Of a stretch of DNA of 64,000 bases, positions 30,401 to 45,700 are shown in pieces. The stretch covers positions 122,078,001 through 122,142,000 of the forward strand of contig OZ024744.1 of the NCBI GenBank assembly GCA_964016885.1. Direction: 5' to 3'. The stretch's first letter is position 1. Each line of letters starts with the position of its first letter. Origin of the DNA: Eledone cirrhosa (Eukaryota). The notes under the pieces are model-generated. The model did not search any database, was not told where the DNA came from, and saw nothing but the letters and a program-made list of their open reading frames with translations. A program made the position numbers and the translations under genes.

Positions 30401-31800
30401 CTCTCTTCACGACATTCATCACTACATCTATTCCTCTCACCCTGTCACTTTTATCCTTCCTCAACACATGACCCAACCATCTCACACTATCTCTCTTCAC
30501 AACATCCATCACTACCTCTATTCCTCTCACCCAGTCACTTTCATACTTCTTCAACACATGAGCCAACCATCTCACACTATCTCCCTTTACAACATCCATC
30601 ACTACCTCTATTCCTCTCACCCAGTCACATTCATACTTCCTCAACACATGACCCAACCATCTCACACTATCTCTCTTCACAACATCCATCACTACCTCTA
30701 TTCCTCTCACCCAGTCACTTTTATCCTTCCTCAACATATGACCCAATCATCTCACACTATCTCTATTCACAACATCCATCACGACCTCTATTCCTCTCAC
30801 CCAGTCACTTTTATCCTTCCTCAACACATGACCCAACCATCTCAAACTATCTCTCTTCACAACATCCATCACTACCTCTATTCCTCTCACCCAGTCACTT
30901 TTATCCTTCCTCAACACATGACCCAACCATCTCACACTATCTCTCTTCACAACATCCATCACTACCTCTATTCCTCTCACCCAGTCACTTTTATCCTTCC
31001 TCAACACATGACCCAACCATCTCACACTATCTCTCTTCACAACATCCATCACTACCTCTATTCCTCTCACCCAGTCACTTTCATACTTCCTCAACACATG
31101 ACCCAACCATCTCACACTATCTCACTTCACAACATCCATTACTACCTCTATTCTTCTCACCCAGACACTTTTATCCTGCCTCAACACATGACCCAACCAT
31201 CTCACACTATCTCTCTTCACAACATCCATTACTACCTGTATTCCTCTCACACATTCACTTTCATACTTCCTCAACACATGACCCAACCATCTCACACTAT
31301 CTCACTTCACAACATCCATTACTACCTCTAGTGCTCTCACCCAGTCAATTTTATCCTTCCTCAACACATGACCCAACCATCTCACACTATCTCTCTTCAC
31401 AACATCCATCACTACCTCTATTCCTCTCACCCAGTCACATTCATACTTCCTCAAAACATGACCCAACCATCTCACACTGTCTCTCTTCACAACATCCATC
31501 ACTACCTCTATTCCTCTCACCCAGTCACTTTTATACTTCCTCAACACATGACCTAACCATCTCACGCTATCTCTCTTCACAACATCCATCACTACCTCTA
31601 TTCCTCTCATCCAGTCACTTTTATCCTTCCTCAACACATGACCAAACCATCTCACACTATCTCTCTTCACAACATCCATCACTACCTCTATTCCTCTCAC
31701 CCTGTCACTTTTATCCTTCCTCAACACATGACCCAACCATCTCACACTATCTCTGTTCACAACATCCATCACTACCTCTATTCCTTTCACCCAGTCACTT
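21400..31800. repeat. Higher-order repeat, 2 copies of a ~5.2-5.4-kb unit (58-60 monomers); edges approximate
   Basis: ORF offsets: 21846/27154 (5308), 23330/28548 (5218), 24734/30132 and 25904/31302 (5398). Shared rare variants: ctgacac (~24993/30391) and acacattcac (~25851/31249). Confidence 0.85.
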
Positions 31801-33757
31801 TTATCCTTCCTCAACACATGACCAAACCATCTCACACTATCTCTCTTCACAACATCCATCACTACCTCTATTCCTCTCACCCTGTCACTTTTATCCTTCC
31901 TCAACACATGACCCAACCATCTCACACTATCTCTGTTCACAACATCCATCACTACCTCTATTCCTTTCACCCAGTCACTTTTATCCTTCCTCAACACATG
32001 ACCCAAAAATCTCACACGATCACTCTTCACAACATCCATCACTACCTCTATTCCTCTCACCCAGTCACTTTCATAATTCCTCAACACATGACCCAAACAT
32101 CTCACACTATCTCTCTTCACGACATTCATCACTACATCTATTCCTCTCACCCAGTCACTTTTATCCTTCCTCAACACATGACCCAACCATCTCACACTAT
32201 CTCTCTTCACAACATCCATCACTACCTCTATTCCTCTCACCCAGTCACTTTCATACTTCTTCAACACATGAGCCAACCATCTCACACTATCTCCCTTTAC
32301 AACATCCATCACTACCTCTATCCCTCTCACCCAGTCACATTCATACTTCCTCAACACATGACCCAACCATCTCACACTATCTCTCTTCACAACATCCATC
32401 ACTACCTCTATTCCTCTCACCCAGTCACTTTTATCCTTCCTCAACATATGACCCAATCATCTCACACTATCTCTCTTCACAACATCCATCACGACCTCTA
32501 TTCCTCTCACCCAGTCACTTTTATCCTTCCTCAACACATGACCCAACCATCTCAAACTATCTCTCTTCACAACATCCATCACTACCTCTATTCCTCTCAC
32601 CCAGTCACTTTTATCCTTCCTCAACACATGACCCAACCATCTCACACTATCTCTCTTCACAACATCCATTACTACCTGTATTCCTCTCACCCATTCACTT
32701 TCATACTTCCTCAACACATGACCCAACCATCTCACACTATCTCACTTCACAACATCCATTACTACCTCTATTCTTCTCACCCAGACACTTTTATCCTGCC
32801 TCAACACATGACCCAACCATCTCACACTATCTCTCTTCACAACATCCATCACTACCTCTGTTCCTCTTACCCAGTCAAGTTTATCCTTCCTCAACACATG
32901 ACCCAACCATCTCACACTATCTCTCTTCACAACATCCATTACTACCTGTATTCCTCTCACCCATTCACTTTCATACATCCTCAACACATGACCCAACCAT
33001 CTCACACTATCTCACTTCACAACATCCATTACTACCTCTAGTGCTCTCACCCAGTCAATTTTATCCTTCCTCAACACATGACCCAACCATCTCACACTAT
33101 CTCTCTTCACAACATCCATCACTACCTCTATTCCTCTCACCCAGTCACATTCATACTTCCTCAAAACATGACCCAACCATCTCACACTGTCTCTCTTCAC
33201 AACATCCATCACTACCTCTATTCCTCTCACCCAGTCACTTTTATACTTCCTCAACACATGACCCAACCATCTCACACTATCTCTCTTCACAACATCCATC
33301 ACTACCTCTATTCCTCTCATCCAGTCACTTTTATCCTTCCTCAACACATGACCAAACCATCTCACACTATCTCTCTTCAGAACATCCATCACTACCTCTA
33401 TTCCTCTCACCCTGTCACTTTTATCCTTCCTCAACACATGACCCAACCATCTCACACTATCTCTGTTCACAACATACATCACTACCTCTATTCCTTTCAC
33501 CCAGTCACTTTTATCCTTCCTCAACACATGACCCAACCATCTCACACGATCACCCTTCACAACATCCATCACTACCTCTATTCCTCTCACCCAGTCACTT
33601 TCATACTTCCTCAACACATGACCCAACCATCTCACACTATCTCTCTTCACAACATCCATCACTACCTCTATTCCTCTCACCCAGTCACTTTTATACTTCC
33701 TCAACACATGACCCAACCATCTCACACTATCTCTCTTCCCACATCCATCACTACCTT

Positions 33758-36700
33758 TATTCCTCTCACACAGTCACTTTCATACTTCCTCAACACATGA
33801 CCCAACCATCTCACACTATCTCTCTTCACAACATCCATTACCACCTCTATTGCTCTCACCCAGTCACTTTTATCCTTCCTCAACACATGACCCAACCATC
33901 TCACACTATCTCTCTTCACATCATCCATTACTACCTGTATTCCTCTCACCCAGTCACTTTCATACTTCCACAACACATGACCCAACCATCTCACACTATC
34001 TCACTTCACAACATCCATTACTACCCCTATTGCTCTCACCCAGTCACCTTTATCCTTCCTCAACACATGACCCAACCATCTCACACTATCTCTCTTCACA
34101 ACATCCATCACTACCTCTATTCCTCTCACCCAGTCACATTCATACTTCCTCAACACATGACCCAACCATCTCACACTGTCTCTCTTCACAACATCCATCA
34201 CTACCTCTATTCCTCTCACCCAGTCACTTTTATCCTTCCTCAACACATGACCCAACCATCTCACACTATCTCTCTTCACAACATCCATCACTACCTCTAT
34301 TCCTCTCACCCAGTCACTTTTATCCTTCTTCAACACATGACCCAACCATCTCACACGATCACTCTTCACAACATCCATCACTACCTCTATTCCTCTCACC
34401 CAGTCACTTTCATACTTCCTCAACACATGACCCAACCATCTCACACTATCTCTCTTCACAACATCCATCACAACCTCTATTCCTCTTACCCAGTCATTTT
34501 TATCCTTCCTGAACACATGAACCAACCATCTCACACTATCTCTCTTCACATCATCCATTACTACCTGTATTCCTCTCACCCAGTCACTTTCATACTTCCT
34601 CAACACATGACCCAACCATCTCACACTATCTCTCTTCACAACATCCATCACTACATCTATTCCTCTCACCCAGTCATTTTATCCTTCCTGAACACATGAC
34701 CCAACCATCTCACACTATCTCTCTTCACAACATCCATCACTACCTCTATTCCTCTCACCCAGTCACTTTTATCCTTCCTCAACACATGACCCAACCATCT
34801 CACACTATCTCTCTTCACAACATCCATCACTACCTCTATTCCTCTCACCCAGTCACTTTTATCCTTCTTCAACACATGACCCAACCATCTCACACGATCA
34901 CTCTTCACAACATCCATCACTACCTCTATTCCTCTTACCCAGTCACTTTCATACTTCCTCAACACATGACCCAACCATCTCACACTATCTCTCTTCACGA
35001 CATCCATCACTACATCTATTCCTCTCACCCAGTCACTTTTATCCTTCCTCAACACATGACCCAACCATCTCACACTATCTCTCTTTACAACATCCATCAC
35101 TACCTCTATTCCTCTCACCCAGTCACATTCATACTTCCTCAAGACATGACCCAACCATCTCACACTACCTCTCTTCACAACATCCATCACGACCTCTATT
35201 CCTCTCACCCAGTCACTTTTATCCTTCCTCAACACATGACCCAACCATCTCACACTATCTCTCTTCACAACATCCATCACTACCTCTATTCCTCTCACCC
35301 AGTCACTTTTATCCTTCCTCAACACATGACCCAACCATCTCACACGATCACTCTTCACAACATCCATCACTACCTCTATTCCTCTCACCCAGTCACTTTC
35401 ATAATTCCTCAACACATGACCCAACCATCTCACACTATCTCTCTCCACGACATTCATCACTACATCTATTCCTCTCACCCAGTCACTTTTATCCTTCCTC
35501 AACACATGACCCAACCATCTCACACTATCTCTCTTCACAACATCCATCACTACCTCTATTCCTCTCACCCAGTCACTTTCATACTTCTTCAACACATGAG
35601 CCAACCATCTCACACTATCTCCCTTTACAACATCCATCACTACCTCTATTCCTCTCACCCAGTCACATTCATACTTCCTCAACACATGACCCAACCATCT
35701 CACACTATCTCTCTTCACAACATCCATTACTACCTCTATTCTTCTCACCCAGACACTTTTATCCTGCCTCAACACATGACCCAACCATCTCACACTATCT
35801 CTCTTCACAACATCCATCACTACCTCTATTCCTCTCACCCAGTCACTTTTATCCTTCCTCAACACATGACCCAACCATCTCACACTATCTCTCTTTACAA
35901 CATCCATCACTACCTCTATTCCTCTCACCCAGTCACTTTTATCCTTCCTCAACACATGACCCAACCATCTCACACTATCTCTCCTCACAACATCCATCAC
36001 TACCTCTATTCCTCTCACCCAGTCACTTTTATCCTTCCTCAACACATGACCCAACCATCTCACACTATCTCTCTTCACAACATCCATCTCTACCTCTATT
36101 CACTCACCCAGTCACTTTTATCCTTCCTCAACACATGACCCACCATCTCACACTATCTCACTTCACAACATCCATTACTACCTCTATTCTTCTCACCCAG
36201 ACACTTTTATCCTTCCTCAACACATGACCCAACCATCTCACACTATCTCTCTTCACAACATCCATCACTACCTCTATTCCTCTCACCCAGTCACTTTTAT
36301 CCTTCCTCAACACATGACCCAACCATCTCACACTATCTCTCTTCACAACATCCATCTCTACCTCTATTCACTCACCCAGTCACTTTTATCCTTCCTCAAC
36401 ACATGACCCACCATCTCACACTATCTCTCTTCACAACATCCATCACTACCTCTGTTCCTCTTACCCAGTCAAGTTTATCCTTCCTCAACACATGACCCAA
36501 CAATCTCACACTATCTCTCTTCACAACATCCATTACTACCTGTATTCCTCTCACCCATTCACTTTCATACATCCTCAACACATGACCCAACCATCTCACA
36601 CTATCTCACTTCACAACATCCATTACTACATCTAGTGCTCTCACCCAGTCAATTTTATCCTTCCTCAACACATGACCCAACCATCTCACACTATCTCTCT

Positions 36701-39700
36701 TCACAACATCCATCACTACCTCTATTCCTCTCACCCAGTCACATTCATACTTCCTCAAAACATGACCCAACCATCTCACACTGTCTCTCTTCACAACATC
36801 CATCACTACCTCTATTCCTCTCACCCAGTCACTTTTATACTTCCTCAACACATGACCCAACCATCTCACACTATCTCTCTTCACAACATCCATCACTACC
36901 TCTATTCCTCTCATCCAGTCACTTTTATCCTTCCTCAACACATGACCAAACCATCTCACACTATCTCTCTTCAGAACATCCATCACTACCTCTATTCCTC
37001 TCACCCTGTCACTTTTATCCTTCCTCAACACATGACCCAACCATCTCACACTATCTCTGTTCACAACATACATCACTACCTCTATTCCTTTCACCCAGTC
37101 ACTTTTATCCTTCCTCAACACATGACCCAACCATCTCACACGATCACCCTTCACAACATCCATCACTACCTCTATTCCTCTCACCCAGTCACTTTCATAC
37201 TTCCTCAACACATGACCCAACCATCTCACACTATCTCTCTTCCCACATCCATCACTACCTTTATTCCTCTCACACAGTCACTTTCATACTTCCTCAACAC
37301 ATGACCCAACCATCTCACACTATCTCTCTTCACAACATCCATTACCACCTCTATTGCTCTCACCCAGTCACTTTTATCCTTCCTCAACACATGACCCAAC
37401 CATCTCACACTATCTCTCTTCACATCATCCATTACTACCTGTATTCCTCTCACCCAGTCACTTTCATACTTCCACAACACATGACCCAACCATCTCACAC
37501 TATCTCACTTCACAACATCCATTACTACCCCTATTGCTCTCACCCAGTCACTTTTATCCTTCCTCAACACATGACCCAACCATCTCACACTATCTCTCTT
37601 CACAACATCCATCACTACCTCTATTCCTCTCACCCAGTCACATTCATACTTCCTCAACACATGACCCAACCATCTCACACTGTCTCTCTTCACAACATCC
37701 ATCACTACCTCTATTCCTCTCACCCAGTCACTTTTATCCTTCCTCAACACATGACCCAACCATCTCACACTATCTCTCTTCACAACATCCATCACTACCT
37801 CTATTCCTCTCACCCAGTCACTTTTATCCTTCTTCAACACATGACCCAACCATCTCACACGATCACTCTTCACAACATCCATCACTACCTCTATTCCTCT
37901 CACCCAGTCACTTTCATACTTCCTCAACACATGACCCAACCATCTCACACTATCTCTCTTCACATCATCCATTACTACCTGTATTCCTCTCACCCAGTCA
38001 CTTTCATACTTCCTCAACACATGACCCAACCATCTCACACTATCTCTCTTCACAACATCCATCACTACATCTATTCCTCTCACCCAGTCATTTTATCCTT
38101 CCTGAACACATGACCCAACCATCTCACACTATCTCTCTTCACAACATCCATCACTACCTCTATTCCTCTCACCCAGTCACTTTTATCCTTCCTCAACACA
38201 TGACCCAACCATCTCACACTATCTCTCTTCACAACATCCATCACTACCTCTATTCCTCTCACCCAGTCACTTTTATCCTTCTTAAACACATGACCCAACC
38301 ATCTCACACGATCACTCTTCACAACATCCATCACTACCTCTATTCCTCTTACCCAGTCACTTTCATACTTCCTCAACACATGACCCAACCATCTCACACT
38401 ATCTCTCTTCACGACATCCATCACTACATCTATTCCTCTCACCCAGTCACTTTTATCCTTCCTCAACACATGACCCAACCATCTCACACTATCTCTCTTT
38501 ACAACATCCATCACTACCTCTATTCCTCTCACCCAGTCACATTCATACTTCCTCAAGACATGACCCAACCATCTCACACTACCTCTCTTCACAACATCCA
38601 TCACGACCTCTATTCCTCTCACCCAGTCACTTTTATCCTTCCTCAACACATGACCCAACCATCTCACACTATCTCTCTTCACAACATCCATCACTACCTC
38701 TATTCCTCTCACCCAGTCACTTTTATCCTTCCTCAACACATGACCCAACCATCTCACACGATCACTCTTCACAACATCCATCACTACCTCTATTCCTCTC
38801 ACCCAGTCACTTTCATAATTCCTCAACACATGACCCAACCATCTCACACTATCTCTCTCCACGACATTCATCACTACATCTATTCCTCTCACCCAGTCAC
38901 TTTTATCCTTCCTCAACACATGACCCAACCATCTCACACTATCTCTCTTCACAACATCCATCACTACCTCTATTCCTCTCACCCAGTCACTTTCATACTT
39001 CTTCAACACATGAGCCAACCATCTCACACTATCTCCCTTTACAACATCCATCACTACCTCTATTCCTCTCACCCAGTCACATTCATACTTCCTCAACACA
39101 TGACCCAACCATCTCACACTATCTCTCTTCACAACATCCATCACGATCTCTATTCCTCTCACCCAGTCACTTTTATCCTTCCTCAACACATGACCCAACC
39201 ATCTCAAACTATCTCTCTTCACAACATCCATCACTACCTCTATTCCTCTCACCCAGTCACTTTTATCCTTCCTTAACACATGACCCAACCATCTCACACT
39301 ATCTCTCTTCACAACATCCATCACTACCTCTATTCCTCTCACCCAGTCACTTTTATCCTTCCTCAACACATGACCCAACCATCTCACACTATCTCTCTTC
39401 ACAACATCCATCACTACCTCTATTCCTCTCACCCAGTCACTTTCATACTTCCTCAACACATGAGCTAACCATCTCACACTATCTCTCTTCACAACATCCA
39501 TCACTACCTCTATTCCTCTCACACAGTCACTTTCATACTTCCTCAACACATGACCCAACCATCTCACACTATCTCACTTCACAACATCCATTACTACCTC
39601 TATTCTTCTCACCCAGACACTTTTATCCTGCCTCAACACATGACCCAACCATCTCACACTATCTCTCTTCACAACATCCATCACTACCTCTATTCCTCTC

Positions 39701-42700
39701 ACCCAGTCACTTTTATCCTTCCTCAACACATGACCCAACCATCTCACACTATCTCTCTTTACAACATCCATCACTACCTCTATTCCTCTCACCCAGTCAC
39801 TTTTATCCTTCCTCAACACATGACCCAACCATCTCACACTATCTCTCCTCACAACATCCATCACTACCTCTATTCCTCTCACCCAGTCACTTTTATCCTT
39901 CCTCAACACATGACCCAACCATCTCACACTATCTCTCTTCACAACATCCATCTCTACCTCTATTCACTCACCCAGTCACTTTTATCCTTCCTCAACACAT
40001 GACCCACCATCTCACACTATCTCACTTCACAACATCCATTACTACCTCTATTCTTCTCACCCAGACACTTTTATCCTTCCTCAACACATGACCCAACCAT
40101 CTCACACTATCTCTCTTCACAACATCCATCACTACCTCTATTCCTCTCACCCAGTCACATTCATACTTCCTCAACACATGACCCAACCATCTCACACTGT
40201 CTCTCTTCACAACATCCATCACTACCTCTATTCCTCTCACCCAGTCACTTTTATACTTCCTCAACACATGACACAACCATCTCACACTATCTCTCTTCAC
40301 AACATCCATCACTACCTCTATTCCTCTCACCCAGTCACTTTCATACTTCCTCAACACATGACCCAACCATCCCACACTATCTCTCTTCACAACATCCATC
40401 ACTACCTCTATTCCTCTCACCCAGTCACTTTTATCCTTTCTCAACACATGACCCAACCATCTCACACTATCTCTCTTCACAACATCCATCTCTACCTCTA
40501 TTCACTCACCCAGTCACTTTTATCCTTCCTCAACACATGACCCAACCATCTCACACTATCTCTCTACACAACATCCATCACTACCCCTATTCCTATCATC
40601 CAGTCACATTCATACTTCCTCAACACAGGACCCAACCATCTCACACTATCTCTCTTCACAACATCCATCACTACCTCTGTTGCTCTCACCCAGTCACATT
40701 CATACATCCTCAACACATGACCCAACCATCTCACACTATCTCTCTTCACAACATCCATCACTACCTCTATTCCTCTCACACAGTCACTTTCATACTTCCT
40801 CAACACATGACCCAACCATCTCACACTATCTCTCTTCACAACATCCATTACCACCTCTATTGCTCTCACCCAGTCACTTTTATCCTTCCTCAACACATGA
40901 CCCAACCATCTCACACTATCTCTCTTCACATCATCCATTACTACCTGTATTCCTCTCACCCAGTCACTTTCATACTTCCACAACACATGACCCAACCATC
41001 TCACACTATCTCACTTCACAACATCCATTACTACCCCTATTGCTCTCACCCAGTCACCTTTATCCTTCCTCAACACATGACCCAACCATCTCACACTATC
41101 TCTCTTCACAACATCCATCACTACCTCTATTCCTCTCACCCAGTCACATTCATACTTCCTCAACACATGACCCAACCATCTCACACTGTCTCTCTTCACA
41201 ACATCCATCACTACCTCTATTCCTCTCACCCAGTCACTTTTATCCTTCCTCAACACATGACCCAACCATCTCACACTATCTCTCTTCACAACATCCATCA
41301 CTACCTCTATTCCTCTCACCCAGTCACTTTTATCCTTCTTCAACACATGACCCAACCATCTCACACGATCACTCTTCACAACATCCATCACTACCTCTAT
41401 TCCTCTCACCCAGTCACTTTCATACTTCCTCAACACATGACCCAACCATCTCACACTATCTCTCTTCACAACATCCATCACAACCTCTATTCCTCTTACC
41501 CAGTCATTTTTATCCTTCCTGAACACATGAACCAACCATCTCACACTATCTCTCTTCACATCATCCATTACTACCTGTATTCCTCTCACCCAGTCACTTT
41601 CATACTTCCTCAACACATGACCCAACCATCTCACACTATCTCTCTTCACAACATCCATCACTACATCTATTCCTCTCACCCAGTCATTTTATCCTTCCTG
41701 AACACATGACCCAACCATCTCACACTATCTCTCTTCACAACATCCATCACTACCTCTATTCCTCTCACCCAGTCACTTTTATCCTTCCTCAACACATGAC
41801 CCAACCATCTCACACTATCTCTCTTCACAACATCCATCACTACCTCTATTCCTCTCACCCAGTCACTTTTATCCTTCTTCAACACATGACCCAACCATCT
41901 CACACGATCACTCTTCACAACATCCATCACTACCTCTATTCCTCTTACCCAGTCACTTTCATACTTCCTCAACACATGACCCAACCATCTCACACTATCT
42001 CTCTTCACGACATCCATCACTACATCTATTCCTCTCACCCAGTCACTTTTATCCTTCCTCAACACATGACCCAACCATCTCACACTATCTCTCTTTACAA
42101 CATCCATCACTACCTCTATTCCTCTCACCCAGTCACATTCATACTTCCTCAAGACATGACCCAACCATCTCACACTACCTCTCTTCACAACATCCATCAC
42201 GACCTCTATTCCTCTCACCCAGTCACTTTTATCCTTCCTCAACACATGACCCAACCATCTCACACTATCTCTCTTCACAACATCCATCACTACCTCTATT
42301 CCTCTCACCCAGTCACTTTTATCCTTCCTCAACACATGACCCAACCATCTCACACGATCACTCTTCACAACATCCATCACTACCTCTATTCCTCTCACCC
42401 AGTCACTTTCATAATTCCTCAACACATGACCCAACCATCTCACACTATCTCTCTCCACGACATTCATCACTACATCTATTCCTCTCACCCAGTCACTTTT
42501 ATCCTTCCTCAACACATGACCCAACCATCTCACACTATCTCTCTTCACAACATCCATCACTACCTCTATTCCTCTCACCCAGTCACTTTCATACTTCTTC
42601 AACACATGAGCCAACCATCTCACACTATCTCCCTTTACAACATCCATCACTACCTCTATTCCTCTCACCCAGTCACATTCATACTTCCTCAACACATGAC

Positions 42701-45700
42701 CCAACCATCTCACACTATCTCTCTTCACAACATCCATTACTACCTCTATTCTTCTCACCCAGACACTTTTATCCTGCCTCAACACATGACCCAACCATCT
42801 CACACTATCTCTCTTCACAACATCCATCACTACCTCTATTCCTCTCACCCAGTCACTTTTATCCTTCCTCAACACATGACCCAACCATCTCACACTATCT
42901 CTCTTTACAACATCCATCACTACCTCTATTCCTCTCACCCAGTCACTTTTATCCTTCCTCAACACATGACCCAACCATCTCACACTATCTCTCCTCACAA
43001 CATCCATCACTACCTCTATTCCTCTCACCCAGTCACTTTTATCCTTCCTCAACACATGACCCAACCATCTCACACTATCTCTCTTCACAACATCCATCTC
43101 TACCTCTATTCACTCACCCAGTCACTTTTATCCTTCCTCAACACATGACCCACCATCTCACACTATCTCACTTCACAACATCCATTACTACCTCTATTCT
43201 TCTCACCCAGACACTTTTATCCTTCCTCAACACATGACCCAACCATCTCACACTATCTCTCTTCACAACATCCATCACTACCTCTATTCCTCTCACCCAG
43301 TCACTTTTATCCTTCCTCAACACATGACCCAACCATCTCACACTATCTCTCTTCACAACATCCATCTCTACCTCTATTCACTCACCCAGTCACTTTTATC
43401 CTTCCTCAACACATGACCCACCATCTCACACTATCTCTCTTCACAACATCCATCACTACCTCTGTTCCTCTTACCCAGTCAAGTTTATCCTTCCTCAACA
43501 CATGACCCAACAATCTCACACTATCTCTCTTCACAACATCCATTACTACCTGTATTCCTCTCACCCATTCACTTTCATACATCCTCAACACATGACCCAA
43601 CCATCTCACACTATCTCACTTCACAACATCCATTACTACATCTAGTGCTCTCACCCAGTCAATTTTATCCTTCCTCAACACATGACCCAACCATCTCACA
43701 CTATCTCTCTTCACAACATCCATCACTACCTCTATTCCTCTCACCCAGTCACATTCATACTTCCTCAAAACATGACCCAACCATCTCACACTGTCTCTCT
43801 TCACAACATCCATCACTACCTCTATTCCTCTCACCCAGTCACTTTTATACTTCCTCAACACATGACCCAACCATCTCACACTATCTCTCTTCACAACATC
43901 CATCACTACCTCTATTCCTCTCATCCAGTCACTTTTATCCTTCCTCAACACATGACCAAACCATCTCACACTATCTCTCTTCAGAACATCCATCACTACC
44001 TCTATTCCTCTCACCCTGTCACTTTTATCCTTCCTCAACACATGACCCAACCATCTCACACTATCTCTGTTCACAACATACATCACTACCTCTATTCCTT
44101 TCACCCAGTCACTTTTATCCTTCCTCAACACATGACCCAACCATCTCACACGATCACCCTTCACAACATCCATCACTACCTCTATTCCTCTCACCCAGTC
44201 ACTTTCATACTTCCTCAACACATGACCCAACCATCTCACACTATCTCTCTTCCCACATCCATCACTACCTTTATTCCTCTCACACAGTCACTTTCATACT
44301 TCCTCAACACATGACCCAACCATCTCACACTATCTCTCTTCACAACATCCATTACCACCTCTATTGCTCTCACCCAGTCACTTTTATCCTTCCTCAACAC
44401 ATGACCCAACCATCTCACACTATCTCTCTTCACATCATCCATTACTACCTGTATTCCTCTCACCCAGTCACTTTCATACTTCCACAACACATGACCCAAC
44501 CATCTCACACTATCTCACTTCACAACATCCATTACTACCCCTATTGCTCTCACCCAGTCACTTTTATCCTTCCTCAACACATGACCCAACCATCTCACAC
44601 TATCTCTCTTCACAACATCCATCACTACCTCTATTCCTCTCACCCAGTCACATTCATACTTCCTCAACACATGACCCAACCATCTCACACTGTCTCTCTT
44701 CACAACATCCATCACTACCTCTATTCCTCTCACCCAGTCACTTTTATCCTTCCTCAACACATGACCCAACCATCTCACACTATCTCTCTTCACAACATCC
44801 ATCACTACCTCTATTCCTCTCACCCAGTCACTTTTATCCTTCTTCAACACATGACCCAACCATCTCACACGATCACTCTTCACAACATCCATCACTACCT
44901 CTATTCCTCTCACCCAGTCACTTTCATACTTCCTCAACACATGACCCAACCATCTCACACTATCTCTCTTCACATCATCCATTACTACCTGTATTCCTCT
45001 CACCCAGTCACTTTCATACTTCCTCAACACATGACCCAACCATCTCACACTATCTCTCTTCACAACATCCATCACTACATCTATTCCTCTCACCCAGTCA
45101 TTTTATCCTTCCTGAACACATGACCCAACCATCTCACACTATCTCTCTTCACAACATCCATCACTACCTCTATTCCTCTCACCCAGTCACTTTTATCCTT
45201 CCTCAACACATGACCCAACCATCTCACACTATCTCTCTTCACAACATCCATCACTACCTCTATTCCTCTCACCCAGTCACTTTTATCCTTCTTAAACACA
45301 TGACCCAACCATCTCACACGATCACTCTTCACAACATCCATCACTACCTCTATTCCTCTTACCCAGTCACTTTCATACTTCCTCAACACATGACCCAACC
45401 ATCTCACACTATCTCTCTTCACGACATCCATCACTACATCTATTCCTCTCACCCAGTCACTTTTATCCTTCCTCAACACATGACCCAACCATCTCACACT
45501 ATCTCTCTTTACAACATCCATCACTACCTCTATTCCTCTCACCCAGTCACATTCATACTTCCTCAAGACATGACCCAACCATCTCACACTACCTCTCTTC
45601 ACAACATCCATCACGACCTCTATTCCTCTCACCCAGTCACTTTTATCCTTCCTCAACACATGACCCAACCATCTCACACTATCTCTCTTCACAACATCCA

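Noticed and set aside
31331-34699. Long His/Ser/Pro-rich + strand ORFs (e.g. 1122 aa here, 917 aa at 28578-31331) as metal-binding repeat proteins
   Set aside because: The monomer length is a multiple of 3 and the + strand is nearly G-free, so two + frames are open by composition. There are no unique termini, and frameshifts and stops are propagated.
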